Translations under genes and position numbers: made by a program | In this document: piece by piece, positions 12,883-24,593 of the stretch | Layout: every line of letters begins with the position of its first letter | Position numbering within the stretch: the stretch's first letter is position 1 | From: Takakia lepidozioides | Taxonomy: Eukaryota > Plantae > Bryophyta | Direction: 5' to 3' | DNA length: 64,000 nucleotides | Assembly (NCBI GenBank): GCA_030704615.1 | Contig: CM060731.1 | Location: 95,542,001 to 95,606,000 of the forward strand | The notes under the pieces: generated by a model | Told to the model about the DNA's origin: nothing | The model's database searches: none | What the model saw: the letters and a program-made list of their open reading frames with translations, nothing else

Positions 12883-13957
12883 TGTCGCGCGGCTTTTACT
12901 CACCCATCCCTTCGCTATCCGAGGCGGAAACTCCAAGATAGAAGAGTTGGAAATCTCTAAGTACTCAGCCCGCGCAGAACAATCAGTCATGACCTACAGC
13001 TAGTGTATCATGGGGGTGTTTCCTATTTGTTTCCCTTTCCGCATTCATCTTAGCTACCTTACCATTGATAATTAAGTATTAGTTTACTTCATCAATCTAT
13101 CGGTTTCTTTCACTCATCCATTCAATCCACAGCTTCACTCAGATCTCTCTACACAGTGTGATTGTATCGTGTAAGTATCAGATTATGATTTATCAGGTAT
13201 CAGGCCGAAGCCATTATGTCTCTAATCTGCTCTACAATATCACTACCGCTTTGCATATATCAAGCATCTACTAATCCTCTTTCCTCCTTCACCGTGCTCT
13301 CCATCTTTTGCCTCCGATCTCCGCTCTAGCCTCACTCAGAAGTCCCCCTCCGAATAATGATTTCCTCCCTTCTCATTCCCCGTTTTTCCCTTTATCTCCT
13401 ATCCGCGGTTCTAAACCGTTTCCCTCTCTAACCGTCGTCTGTGAACTAACATGTTCCCTTCACAGGTGTTGTTCCCCACAGTCGTCCCTATTATCGTGAC
13501 GCTGTGTCAAGCGGTGACTGGCTGTGTTTGGCTGTGTCGGGCTGTGACTGGCTGTGTGTGGTCTCTGTGACGACTGTGACGGGCTGTGTGGGCTGTGTGG
13601 GCTGTGACGACTGTGACGGGCTGTGTGGGCTGTGTGTGACGACTGTGACGGGCTGTGTGGCGTGGCTGTGTGGGCTGTGACGGCTGTGTGGGCTGTGACG
13701 ACTGTGACGGGCTGTGTTGGCTGTGTGGGCTGTGACTGCTGTGTCGGGTGTGTGACGACTGTGACGGGCTGTGTTGGCTGTGTGGGCTGTGACTGCTGTG
13801 TCGGCTGTGTGGGCTGTGACGGGCTGTGTTGGCTGTGTAACCCCCCTCTACAGTGCGCGGCTGTCCCCTAAGGCTCCTGTTGGTCTCAGTCTGTGCAAAA
13901 ATTAAGGGTACCCTACAGATCCGTATAAGTGTCTAAGTCCCCTACAGTCCTCTAACA
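12883..13957 (-). repeat. 3' LTR of family A
   Basis: Near-identical to 25182-26270. Contains a GGCTGTG minisatellite. Confidence 0.95.
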
Positions 13958-13974
13958 TTACCCCTTCCCCCCTC
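13958..13974 (-). promoter_or_regulatory. Polypurine tract
   Basis: Minus-strand GAGGGGGGAAGGGGTAA abuts the 3' LTR. Confidence 0.9.
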
Positions 13975-13988
13975 AAAAAGCCGTGTCC

Positions 13989-16900
13989 TCACGGTTTACT
14001 GTTTCCGAGTAGCAAACCTTGTGAGTGAGCACCTTGTTGACGTTGAGAGTTTCGTGGTGGGCTGTGTGTACGAGCCCGAGGTCTGTCTCTGGTTGATGGA
14101 GATGGTTGATCACTACCTGGATAAGTGAGGCCTTCTGGAGGCTGATATCGAGGTAATCTTTCCGGCATAGGAGATCCCCTTTGTTTCTTCTCTTCCATTT
14201 GAATTGCATAGTCTTCTCCCATGTCAAAGAATTCTGTGAAGAAACAGTTGTATCAGAATCCTCATCGCCTCTCAGGTGTTTTAATTTTCGAGCTTTTTGT
14301 GGAATCATCTGGGGCATACAATGCTGTCCTACCATGTCTGGAAGTTTGTATTTTACAACTTGGTGTAACCGCTGAACAACAAAATTGGTGTAGGCACTAA
14401 GCTCCTTGTCTGTCCAGATGAGTGGGGTACCAATTACTGGTTGCAGCGTGCAAGTACTTTCATGCCACATGTCCCTTATAGAAAATGTCATCAAGTCCGA
14501 ATTTCTGTGTTGACAATTGGTTGCAGGCTGCTTGAAACCATGAACGAATTTGAGAATCCTTCTGCATCATAACTTTTGGGTCATATAGGTACATATGAGG
14601 TGCACCGAAGGTAATACCCAATGATCTCCACTGGAGAGTAACTTTGAAAGCGTGTTTGCATCTTTTGTTGCTCAATGTGGTAACGTACCAAAAACAAGGC
14701 AGCGTAGTATAGCCGCCACCCATGACAATACTTGCTATCTCCTTGGTGGTTATAAATGAGTCCATGTACAACCTGGAAAGCAACCAATTCCTCAACATGG
14801 TACCTGCCTCGTGCCGTATTGTGCAAAGTGATGATCTTCAATATGTCGATTGTTGGAAGAACTTTAGTCCTAGTTGCCACTGGCAGCCAAATACGCATGA
14901 TTTGGTAGTAAATGTGCGAATGACTGCGGAGGACTAAATTCTTTCCAAGCCAAATCCAACATGATGGGAATTTGGTTGAAGGGCATAAGCATAGCCCTGC
15001 TGTACTCCCTTGCAGCTGGAGTTTTAGGGGGTTAAAAGCGGCATTGCCCCATACCTCCGGCTGTGGTGGCTGTGGTGTGGTTGTAGTAACCACAGGTTCA
15101 GCTACTGGTACACTGACCTGTTGTGGTGGTGGTGGTACTGGCTCCTGTATCATTGGCATCTCCTGCACCTCCTGTGAAGACTGAAAAGCCAGAGTTCTGG
15201 CTTGCAAATAAGAAGCCATTATATTGTTCCTGAGGGATATAGACTCTTTGGTCGATGTTTGAAGTGAGGTCTTCCACTTGAGTCTGGAGTCCGTCTACAT
15301 CCTTGTAACTCTGCTATCCTACTATAGACATTGTCTATAGTAGTTGTGGCAAGTGTTCTGCACCTGCAGTCTGAGCTCATTCATCTCGCTTTGGGTGAGC
15401 TTCCGTGGGCTTTTGCCCTCTACTGGCCCTTGTGCTAACCAGACCTGCATAAGGCTGTTATCCACCAAGCTGCTTGTGGTTCCCCTGAGAGTTTGCTCCT
15501 CTCTTAGCTTGTACAATTCCAACTGCTGTTGTAAAGCCTCCATGCGCTTCGCCTGTGGCTCAACCAATTGCGCATAGGCAGCAAGTAGATTATTGGCTTC
15601 CTTCGAAGCCTTGTTACTGACCGCGATTTCATTTCTATTGGCCACGATGGTTTGTTGCAACTCCACGATGTGTTCTCTTGATCAGCTTCCCTCTGCCTGT
15701 ATTGCTTGAAAGTATCTTCATTGCGACAGATTGTATTCTTCATATCGACAATGAGCTTCATTTGCTCAACATTCTCTTCTTCTGCCTTCGTACATTTTTC
15801 CGCTTGACTGTTTATTTCTTTTGTTGATTGGTCAAGCATAGTTGTAAATGTAGCACATTGTATCGCCATCCTGTTATGCACTGTCTGCAACTCCGTATGT
15901 AGTGCATTCAGTTCTTGCAACTTGCTTTCATGCTGCACCTGCATTTGGTATAGCTGTTGCTTATGTGCTTCGTGCAACTGGTCTTGCGCGAGGCCTGCCT
16001 CAATCAATTGTTGCTTGGCCAATGCAAAGCCATTTCTGTATTGCCCAAGTCCTGCTTCATCTTGAGAGTGACCTCTTCATCGACCTTGTTTGCACACTCA
16101 GTGGCAAGTCGAGCCTCAAACTCCTTCCTGAGTTCCTCTTTCAAGGCTGTCAATTGGGTAATTGGAACATGGGATTTGACATAAGTCCCCAACAAATTAA
16201 GTGTCCTGCCTATGGAACTCATCAGCATTGCCTGTTGAGGGTCATCATGGTGAGGTTGCTGCTGTTCCTCCTGATCTTCAACAGTATGATGTCTCACTAA
16301 CCATTCAGGCCATTGTCCCACCGGATTTTCTTCCTGAACTACTTCATCTATGACTGGTGCTACAGTGTCATGACCTTCCGCCTGTGGTACCTCCGACACA
16401 GGTGTGTGCATTATATGCACCTCAGGATTTCCCTTGGGCAACTGTTGCACCTCTGGGATTTCTGTCTCCTTGACCAGACCAGAATATTCATAGAGAAGGT
16501 CCCCTTTCTCTATTTCTGCCACTATCAGTTGGAATATCTATCCCTTCACTTTCCAAATCAATTATTTCGGGTTGAGCTGCATGGATAACTTGTGACCTTG
16601 TGACAAGTCGTTCAAGTGGCTGTGTTGGCTGTGATGCAGAAGTAACTTCCTCCTCCCTCTCTGAAGGTCCTGCTTCCAGTAATAGCATTTGTCTGTGCTG
16701 CTGTGCCCCTTCCTGGCCATGAGCTTGGGAAACATTATCATGCGGAATCCGTGAAGCCAGTGGATCCGCCACTACAGTCTTTCCCCTTCTCTGCCTCTTA
16801 GTCTCGGGTTGTGCTGCTAGTCCACCCTCACTGTGTGAAGAGCCTTGCTCTTCCATTGCAGTTGTTTCTGGCTCAAACACTCCCATTTCCTTCCTTTCTT

Positions 16901-17745
16901 GTGCATTAAGTATGCCAGAATTAAGGATTATTTGAGCAATGATTGGGCCAGACACTATGATAGGAGACTTTGCGGTAGTACCTTGTAATCTTTTCATCTC
17001 CTCTACTAGTGCGTTGTACATTATGTCCGCCCATTGTACCTCTTGTCCCTTCAGGCCTTTGAGTATTTCCTCTGTGAAGGATCTGCTCAAATATTGTTGG
17101 TTCTGTTTCAGGGCAATCAGAACGTTCAATACCTGGCCTATCTCTTTTAACCCTGGGTACACAGCTTTGGTACAAGCATAACCCTGAGTTTTAAAGAAAC
17201 TCCCTTCTTGGAATAAGTCCCCTATTTGCAGTCTTGCCCTGTGTTCCCCACATGCACCTGACCTGCTGGCAATCGAAACAATTGCTGGAGGTATAGGGAG
17301 TAATCATTAATTCAACTCCCTTCACCGTTGTTGTTCCTGTCCTTGGCTCAAAGTTCTGCAAAAATTGTAACATGTACTGTCTATGGTGTAGTGTCCAATC
17401 TAGGCTTTGCAATCCTTCCAATCTCAGCTCCTCCAGTATCTTTATCGCCTGTGGGGTAGCCATCGTTTGTTTCTGCAGAATTGTGGTGCTCTTCACCCTG
17501 ATTTCCTCCATTCCTCTCACTCTCTTCATCTTAGACTCACAGAACTGCTTTGGCTGTAACAACTGCAGGAATGCCTGTAGTGCACAAAGCATAAACGTAT
17601 GGTTGCCGCAGAAAGCTATGGGTAATCTCTTGTAAGCCTGCGGGGCTTGCAAGCATTGCTCAAGAGAAAAGCTCTGCTCTGTCGTTTCGTGTCTATGCCA
17701 CTGCGTAAGTAATATTGCGAGCGTATAGTCTGTTAGTTCCTCCAT
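13989..17745 (-). CDS. Large accessory ORF downstream of pol (frameshifted): plant retrotransposon accessory-type N-terminal domain, long coiled coil and C-terminal domain
   Basis: Consecutive ORFs 17191-, 16488-, 16004-, 15504-, 15322-, 14581-, 14460- and 13989-. Motifs QFLQNF...TVKG.ELMIT and VQWADIMY. The homologous part is open for 489 aa at 31171-32640. Confidence 0.7.
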
Positions 17746-18023
17746 AGTTTCCAAGTTATAGCATTTATGGCCTGTCCTGTCGAGACGCCCGTTACTCAGA
17801 ACGACGCCGCCTCTTGCGCTCAATTTCCCTCCATTTTCTTGATCATTTCTCTGGTTTTCTATTGGCTGTATCTGCTGTGACTGGATTTTAACTTTTATCT
17901 TCTTTAGTGGACTTTCCCTGTTGGATAGTCCACTAGGATCACACATGCGACATGAATTCGGCTTTTCTGTACTTGCCGTTCGTTCCGTTTCCCTTTTTCC
18001 GTATTCATTAATGGGCCTGCCTT

Positions 18024-20654
18024 TCATCCCTTTTGACGGCCGTTCTTGTCTCTTTCTTTTTGACACCTGTCCTTGCACTTCATTCTCTGCTGTGTGTCGC
18101 GCCCTGACCTCCACGTGTCTATTTTTAAAGTAATTTCCGTTTCCTCTTCCGTCATCCATTTTCCTGAAGTTATTATGTGTCCACTTGTCACTGATTCTAT
18201 GGATGGTGTAACTTTAGTAGGCTGTGTTGAGCTGTGACAGGCTGTGTCATACTGTGTTACCCTGTGATAGGCTGTGATGCACTGTGGTAAGCTGTGATAG
18301 GCTGTGACACGCTGTGGTATGTTGTTATAGGCTGTGTTGCGCCTTGCTGGGCTGTGGTTGGCTGTGTCACGTCGTGATGGGCTGTGATAGGCTGTGTTGC
18401 GCCTTGGCGGGCTGTGATAGGCTGTGTCACGTTTGTTTTGCCCACCCTGGTCGTATATGCTGGGCCTAGCAACAAGTGTTCCATACTCCGTTCGTAACAC
18501 TGGTGCAGCCCGTGACTGCTCTTGCGGTTCAATATGCAAATCATGCTGCAGGGGTTTGTCATGGATACCACTGTACCCCTTCAACTTATTTGCATTGACT
18601 CTTCCCAGCATTTCTTTGTTAATGGTTTGTAACATGGCGGTGTTGTTATCATACATCTTTTGTATGACATAAGGTCCTTTCCACGGTGATTTAAGCTTAG
18701 AAGCTTGAATCTTTCCTTTCTTCTGCAACCATAGAACCAAATCCCCCGTCTTAAAAGTCTTTAACTTGCCTTCATCAAACTGTTCCTTTCGCTTCATCTG
18801 AATTCTGGTCATATTATCAGCTGCATCAGCACGTACTTCTTCCACATGGTATAATTCATGTTTCCTGACCTTGATGGAGTCTTGCAATTCCATTCTTTTT
18901 CCCCACTCCGTTCTCATGGTAGGTAACAGGAATTCCACTGGAAGTAAGGCTTCCATACCATAAACTAATTGGAATGGTGTATACTTAGTGGTGACTTTAT
19001 ATGAAGTCCTGTATGACCATAAAGCTGTCAGCAGCTTTGTATCCCAATCCGTTCTGTTTGCATTGACTATCTTAGCCAAGATAGTACATAGTATTTTGTT
19101 GGTAGCCTCTGCCTGCCCATTACCCTGTGGGTAATATGTTGTACTCTTTCTATGCACAATCATAAACTCTTTAGTCAACAACTCAATGGTCTCATTCATG
19201 AAGTGACTTCCTTGATCACTGATAAATTCTAAGGGACAGCCAAATCGTGTAAGTATGTTCTCGTACAGGAACCTTGCTGTGGACTTGGCTGTGTTGTCCC
19301 TCAAAGCTTTAGCTTCCACCCACTTTGTAGTATAATCAGTGGCTGTAATTATGTACCTGTTTCGTGTATTCTTGGATGGTGGATTAATTGGTCCAACAAA
19401 GTCTAGTCCCCATTTCTGAAATGGTTCCGTAGGCATTGTAGGATGCAAGGCCATCCTTCCAGATCTCTGCAAAGGTCCTAGCCTCTGACATTCATCACAC
19501 TTCTGACAATACTCATGTACATCTTTGAACAAAGTAGGCCACCAGTATCCTGCGAGTAGTATCTTTCTACTGGTAGTCTCTTCTCCAAAATGACCTCCAG
19601 CCACTCCTTTATGAACTTCCTCCAAGACTTTATTTACTTCATGGTGGTACAAGCATCGTTTTAGTACTCCATCAGGTCCTAACTTATACATTCTGCTTCC
19701 TACCATAGTATAAGGTAAAGCTTTGATAGCAATTCTCTTCCTCTGCTCCTTACCATAACTAGGTGGGCACTGACCATGAGCAAGGTAGTATCTGATTGGC
19801 CACTGCCAATCTAACCATTCATCTGCACTTCCTTGCACCTCCATTACAAATAAACTCGCATCAGGTAACTGATCGTCCACTCCTGTGGCGGCCTCTCCTG
19901 TTGTTAGTCGTGACAAATGATCTGCCACAAGATGCAAACGGCCAGGCTTGTAAATAACCTCGAACTCAAACTCATGCAAGATTATTAACCACCTCGCTAT
20001 CCTTCCACTTATCAAAGGTTTGTTCACCAGATATATCAGAGCCTGGTGATCCACATAAAACATAAACTTTCTTCCCAATAGGTAATGCCTGAATTTCTTG
20101 ACTGCATAAATCATTGCCAATGCTTCTCTTTCCGTTGTGCTATAGTTCCTCTCAGCACTGTTCATCAACCGGCTAGCATAGTACACAGGTGAATCTATAT
20201 TCCCTGTAACATTCTGGGCTAACACCGCACCCAACGCTTCTCCTGATGCATCGCAGTGAACATGAAATACTACATGCCAGTGAGGGTTAATCAGCACAGG
20301 TGTAGTTGTTACTGACAGTGTAAGTTCCTCAAACGCCTGTTGACATTCAGCTGTCCAGGCAAACACTGCATCTTTCTTCAGAAGCTTGCTCAATGGTGCT
20401 GCTATTTGTGCATACCTTTTGACAAATCTTCTGTAATAACTGGTTTGCCCAAGGAATCTCCTTAAACTCTTAACATTCACTGGTGGTGGAGAGACTTTAA
20501 TGGACTCTGTCTTCCTGGGATCCACAAGAAGTCCCTTCTTACACACAATGTGTCCCAGAAGCACCCCTGAGTTCACACAGAAAGTACACTTCTCTGGATT
20601 CAAGCCCAGACCTCTCATCCTGCATCTGGCCAAACATAACTCCAATTTATGCAA
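18024..20654 (-). CDS. pol: Pol: RT C-terminus, RNase H and integrase
   Basis: HCDASG, YSTTEREALA, H-H-C-C zinc motif (HKGVAGGH...CDEC), WGLDFVGP, SDQGSHF, NGQAE and GPY motif (WKGPY). Confidence 0.95.
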   Translation of the reverse strand: MHKLELCLARCRMRGLGLNPEKCTFCVNSGVLLGHIVCKKGLLVDPRKTESIKVSPPPVNVKSLRRFLGQTSYYRRFVKRYAQIAAPLSKLLKKDAVFAWTAECQQAFEELTLSVTTTPVLINPHWHVVFHVHCDASGEALGAVLAQNVTGNIDSPVYYASRLMNSAERNYSTTEREALAMIYAVKKFRHYLLGRKFMFYVDHQALIYLVNKPLISGRIARWLIILHEFEFEVIYKPGRLHLVADHLSRLTTGEAATGVDDQLPDASLFVMEVQGSADEWLDWQWPIRYYLAHGQCPPSYGKEQRKRIAIKALPYTMVGSRMYKLGPDGVLKRCLYHHEVNKVLEEVHKGVAGGHFGEETTSRKILLAGYWWPTLFKDVHEYCQKCDECQRLGPLQRSGRMALHPTMPTEPFQKWGLDFVGPINPPSKNTRNRYIITATDYTTKWVEAKALRDNTAKSTARFLYENILTRFGCPLEFISDQGSHFMNETIELLTKEFMIVHRKSTTYYPQGNGQAEATNKILCTILAKIVNANRTDWDTKLLTALWSYRTSYKVTTKYTPFQLVYGMEALLPVEFLLPTMRTEWGKRMELQDSIKVRKHELYHVEEVRADAADNMTRIQMKRKEQFDEGKLKTFKTGDLVLWLQKKGKIQASKLKSPWKGPYVIQKMYDNNTAMLQTINKEMLGRVNANKLKGYSGIHDKPLQHDLHIEPQEQSRAAPVLRTEYGTLVARPSIYDQGGQNKRDTAYHSPPRRNTAYHSPSRRDTANHSPARRNTAYNNIPQRVTAYHSLPQCITAYHRVTQYDTACHSSTQPTKVTPSIESVTSGHIITSGKWMTEEETEITLKIDTWRSGRDTQQRMKCKDRCQKERDKNGRQKG

Positions 20655-21340
20655 GTGCTCATCTTAGAGCTGTACACACTGAAATCATCCAAGAATACCT
20701 GCATGAAATCATCCAGATACTCATGAAAAGATTCACTTATCACTCTCTGAAAGGTCGCTGGTGCATTACAAAGTCCAAAGGGCATGACTTTGTATGCATA
20801 AGCCCCCCAGTCTGTGATGAAAGCTGTTTTCCCTTGGTCTTCTTCTGCCACTTGCACTTGATTATAACCACTGAAGCCATCCATGAATGAGTACATCTCA
20901 TGGCCTGCCACAGTGTCTAATACTGCTTCTGTGAATGGCAAAGGGAAAGGATCTTTCTTCGTACAAGCATTCAGCTTCTTATAGTTCACACATACTCTTA
21001 GTTTGCCATTCTTCTTGGGAACTATAACAATGGGTGACAACCAAGTTGTATACTCTATTGGGTATATAAACTTAGCCTCAGCCAACTTCTTTATCTCTTC
21101 TCCAACCTTCTGTGCGTAGTTGGGATTCATTCTATACCTCGCCTGCTTGATTGGTACTGACCCTGGTTCCAGTTCAATCTTATGCTGACAGACTTCAGGT
21201 GGTATCCCTTTTAGATCCTCATAGCTCCAAGCAAATACATCTCTGTATTTGATGAACAAGCTTTTAGCTTCTTCGAAGAATTCCGGCTCCAAATCAGCTC
21301 CTACTTTCACCATTCCTCGGTTCCTCCTGAGTTCCCACAT
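20615..21340 (-). CDS. pol: Pol: reverse transcriptase
   Basis: SPIVIVPKKNGKLRVCVNY, DGFSGYNQV, MPFGLCNAPATFQR and FLDD. Confidence 0.95.
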   Translation of the reverse strand: MWELRRNRGMVKVGADLEPEFFEEAKSLFIKYRDVFAWSYEDLKGIPPEVCQHKIELEPGSVPIKQARYRMNPNYAQKVGEEIKKLAEAKFIYPIEYTTWLSPIVIVPKKNGKLRVCVNYKKLNACTKKDPFPLPFTEAVLDTVAGHEMYSFMDGFSGYNQVQVAEEDQGKTAFITDWGAYAYKVMPFGLCNAPATFQRVISESFHEYLDDFMQVFLDDFSVYSSKMSTCINWSYVWPDAG

Positions 21341-21382
21341 TTACTTCTCTCACCTGCTCATCAGCTGTGATTGTCCAACCAG

Positions 21383-22333
21383 TCACCACTTCATCCTTAA
21401 GCTCACAGTGGCTGGTTCTTCTAGGATTTCTATCTCTCCCTCCTTTTCTTCATAGAAATGTGATGGGTAACTGCTGGTTTCCTCTTCAATTGGTGTTGCT
21501 GTCACTACACCACAGCAGATACCTCTTAAACAACTTAGGCTTTCCAGCCGCATCTCTGCAACCTGCTCCCACTCTGGGTGTGCAGCAAATAGGGTAGCTT
21601 CCTGCTCCTCATCCAGTCCTCCTCTCCAGTCATACTCTCTGACTCCTCGAGGTCTTCTTGTAGCAGGTAATCTACTAGATTTCTTTGTGGTAATTTGTAT
21701 CTCGTGCATCCCATTATGCACAGTTAGTAACTGAGAATTCCAGTCATGGAATACCCTGGCCTGTTTCAGCCACGGACGTCCCAATAATAAGGAGTAAGCC
21801 TCCATGACTTCATCCATTTTTAATACAGTTACTGTGATCATAAAGATCATTTTCTGTATCTGTATCTTAACTCCTCTTATTAATCCCAATGGCTGTACAC
21901 TTCTTTGATCTGCCATTGTTACTGTAAATGGGGCTGGTTTCATGTTACTTAGACCAAGCTTCTTCCTTAATTGGTCTGTCATGATATTTACTCCAGAACC
22001 ACCATCTATCAGTACATCAGTTAGTTCTGTGCTTCCAATTCTCAATTGGATTACTGGCATAGAATCATCAAAGTCCATGACTGGTTCTCGCCCTTCCGGC
22101 TTCACATTATAACTGGTCACCTTGCTGTTCAGGTCTGTGTTTCCTGTCTCTTGGGCAATTCGATTGATTGCCTGATACAGCCTGTGCCTACAATAAGGTG
22201 CCACAGCTAATAGCTGTCCAATGGTAATTTCTGCTTTGGTCTGACATATTACTGCAGCCAAAGTCTCTTCATTACTTTGCATGTCTGCATCTTTTTTTTT
22301 TCCTTTCTTCCTCACTCCCTTCTTTTTCTCCAT
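21383..22333 (-). CDS. pol: Pol: aspartic protease region
   Basis: LIDGGSGVNIM and LLLGRPWL motifs. Confidence 0.9.
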   Translation of the reverse strand: MEKKKGVRKKGKKKDADMQSNEETLAAVICQTKAEITIGQLLAVAPYCRHRLYQAINRIAQETGNTDLNSKVTSYNVKPEGREPVMDFDDSMPVIQLRIGSTELTDVLIDGGSGVNIMTDQLRKKLGLSNMKPAPFTVTMADQRSVQPLGLIRGVKIQIQKMIFMITVTVLKMDEVMEAYSLLLGRPWLKQARVFHDWNSQLLTVHNGMHEIQITTKKSSRLPATRRPRGVREYDWRGGLDEEQEATLFAAHPEWEQVAEMRLESLSCLRGICCGVVTATPIEEETSSYPSHFYEEKEGEIEILEEPATVSLRMKW

Positions 22334-24572
22334 CCGAATCAGAGGAATCTGCCACAGGAATATCAGTACTCTTTTGCATTTCCCTTATAGTATCTGCCAC
22401 TTCCTTGTGCAGTTCCTTCTCATCTTTCCAAGTCTCTTCATCTTCAGGCATATCATTGCCACTTCCAGTCTCATCTTCTTCCTCTTCTACTGGAGGTATT
22501 AGTTTGGCTTTACTTCTTGTTACTATCATTGTACTTACTTCTGGTACAACACATGGCCTAACCATGTGAGCTGCCACCACTGGGCCCTCATTCACAGGAG
22601 CTCTCATCTCATTCTGGTGTCTTATCCAGAATGAACAGGCTGCCTTGCGATGTCCTGGCTGATTACAATAGTAACATAGCTCTTCACCATTGGGTCCTCG
22701 CCCTTGGTCTGTTCTTGGATTATTTCTATAATCCTGATTCCCGGGCTGGTAATTCCCCCTTGGATTACCCTGATAGTTGCCTCTGGAATTTCCTTGGTAA
22801 TTCCCTCTTGAATTACCTCTCCCTTCCATGCCATTGTTATAACCACCAGACCTACCATAGTGGTCCTGATCATTGTTTCTTCTTGGCTGGGGCTGCACCT
22901 GATGCACCCTTACTTGCCTAGGTTCTCTTGCAGCTGTCCTTCTGTTGTAGTAACAATTCTCAGTAGAATGGTTATCCATTTTACAGATAGTACAGTGTTT
23001 CTCCTTCATGTGGCATTCTGTGGTGGTATGGCCTTCATTCTGGCACTTTGCACACCATACACCCTTCCTCCAATGTGTTGCAGCCTCTGTGGCATACTTC
23101 TTCAAGATTTCTTCCAATTTTTTTTCATAGTTATCCCTCTTCAACTTCTCCTTTCTCTTACTCTTTCTTTTTAGTTCTTGCTCTTCTTCTTCATCTGACT
23201 CATCCTCAGAGTCCTCATCTTCTTTTTTCTCTCTCCTGAGCATTCCCAATTGCTCAATTCTGTTCGCAGTTTCAAATGCCTCCTCCACTGTATTATGGGG
23301 TAACATATCCACTTTCTTTTGCAACTCTGGTCTTAGTCCACTCACAAACCAAGTCTTCTGTAAACCGGGCGCTGGTACTGCAGCCAGCTTTTTCATCATC
23401 AATTCCATCTTCTCCATATACTCTTCAACAGTTTCATGCTTCTTCTGCTTCAGCTGTTGTAAACTTCCATACACTTCATCCTCAGTTTTACTTGTCCTGA
23501 ACCTATTTCGAAATGCTGTATTCAAGCCATTCCAGGTTAGGAAATGATTATCAGGGAATCTTGCATACCATTCACTTGCTTTCTTGATAAGTGAACAAGG
23601 AAACAGTCTCATCTTGGCATCATCGCCATTCTCATTGTTCACTATACACATGTGCTCAAATTGGCTAATGTGTACATCGGGATCCCCTTTTCCTGAATAT
23701 ATTGGAAAGGGTGGTTTTGCCCGTGTTGGTTGTAACGCCATCTGTGGCCCTACCTTCTGCCCACTGACAGGTGCTGGCACCCTTGCTGGTGCTGGTCCTT
23801 CTGGACCTGTTGTTTTTGTGGTGGATCTTCCACCAAGTGGTGGCCCTTGAGCACTCCTTGCTTCTGGTCCCACGATATTCACAGTATTCCCAGCTTCAGT
23901 TGCACTACTTCCCACACTCCCTGTCCCCCCAGAGCCAGATCCAGGCAGCCCGCCTGATCCCCCTGAGCCGACACCTTCGTTGGCCTGTGATCCAAGTGCT
24001 CCACTTGATCCAGGTCCAACGGGTTGGGATGTCCTGGTTGTAGTCTCAACCTCAGCTGTTGGGTCTACTTCTTCATATTCTTCCTCTTCTAATTTCTTCT
24101 CTCTGTTTTCATCCTCCAAGTTCTGCCCTTGGGTTTCTTCTTCACTCATGTAACTCAACTGTAATGGTGTTGGAGAGTCTGAACTCTCCGTTGGCTCTGC
24201 CACATCCTCTTCTCCTTCTTCATCTTCTGCTTCAGAAACTGGAGTTCCTGCTTTTGGTGTTCCATGCCAACTCTTATCAAAGATTTCTGTCAAGTCTTTT
24301 ATCCAAGGATGTACCTCAGATCTTTCACCTCGTGATTGATCTTCTTCCTGTACCAATTCCCTTAATCTTTCTTGCAAAGAAACAGAAGGAGTGGCATCCA
24401 ACTCTAGTTCTTCCGGTATAGGTGATGCACTTTTTGATCTTGATGGTGTGAGAGGTCCAGATGATTCCCCTATGTCTATTCCTCTCTCCCAAAGATATGG
24501 ATAATTAGCTTTCAGATAGCTTTCTCTTTTTGATGAATATCTCTGTCGTCTAGCTTCTCTTTCATCACTCAT
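22272..24572 (-). CDS. gag: Gag with zinc knuckles
   Basis: Capsid-like YSGKGDPDVHI...F..GLRPEL. CCHC knuckles CAKCQNEGHTTTEC, CTICKMDNHSTENC and CYYCNQPGHRKAAC. Confidence 0.93.
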   Translation of the reverse strand: MSDEREARRQRYSSKRESYLKANYPYLWERGIDIGESSGPLTPSRSKSASPIPEELELDATPSVSLQERLRELVQEEDQSRGERSEVHPWIKDLTEIFDKSWHGTPKAGTPVSEAEDEEGEEDVAEPTESSDSPTPLQLSYMSEEETQGQNLEDENREKKLEEEEYEEVDPTAEVETTTRTSQPVGPGSSGALGSQANEGVGSGGSGGLPGSGSGGTGSVGSSATEAGNTVNIVGPEARSAQGPPLGGRSTTKTTGPEGPAPARVPAPVSGQKVGPQMALQPTRAKPPFPIYSGKGDPDVHISQFEHMCIVNNENGDDAKMRLFPCSLIKKASEWYARFPDNHFLTWNGLNTAFRNRFRTSKTEDEVYGSLQQLKQKKHETVEEYMEKMELMMKKLAAVPAPGLQKTWFVSGLRPELQKKVDMLPHNTVEEAFETANRIEQLGMLRREKKEDEDSEDESDEEEEQELKRKSKRKEKLKRDNYEKKLEEILKKYATEAATHWRKGVWCAKCQNEGHTTTECHMKEKHCTICKMDNHSTENCYYNRRTAAREPRQVRVHQVQPQPRRNNDQDHYGRSGGYNNGMEGRGNSRGNYQGNSRGNYQGNPRGNYQPGNQDYRNNPRTDQGRGPNGEELCYYCNQPGHRKAACSFWIRHQNEMRAPVNEGPVVAAHMVRPCVVPEVSTMIVTRSKAKLIPPVEEEEDETGSGNDMPEDEETWKDEKELHKEVADTIREMQKSTDIPVADSSDSDGEKEGSEEERKKKRCRHAK

Positions 24573-24593
24573 GTCCCATGTCTTTCATTTCTT

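Noticed and set aside
12202-12990. ORFs rich in RKCG/NAAPHF/MRRRIS, here and at 26158-27345, 35451-36552 and 43835-45005
   Set aside because: These are translations of the palindrome arrays in all frames.
22285-22305. Programmed -1 gag-pol frameshift at the A-run
   Set aside because: The required shift is +1, it lies in a homopolymer, and similar indels occur throughout this young element, so an assembly error or mutation is more likely.
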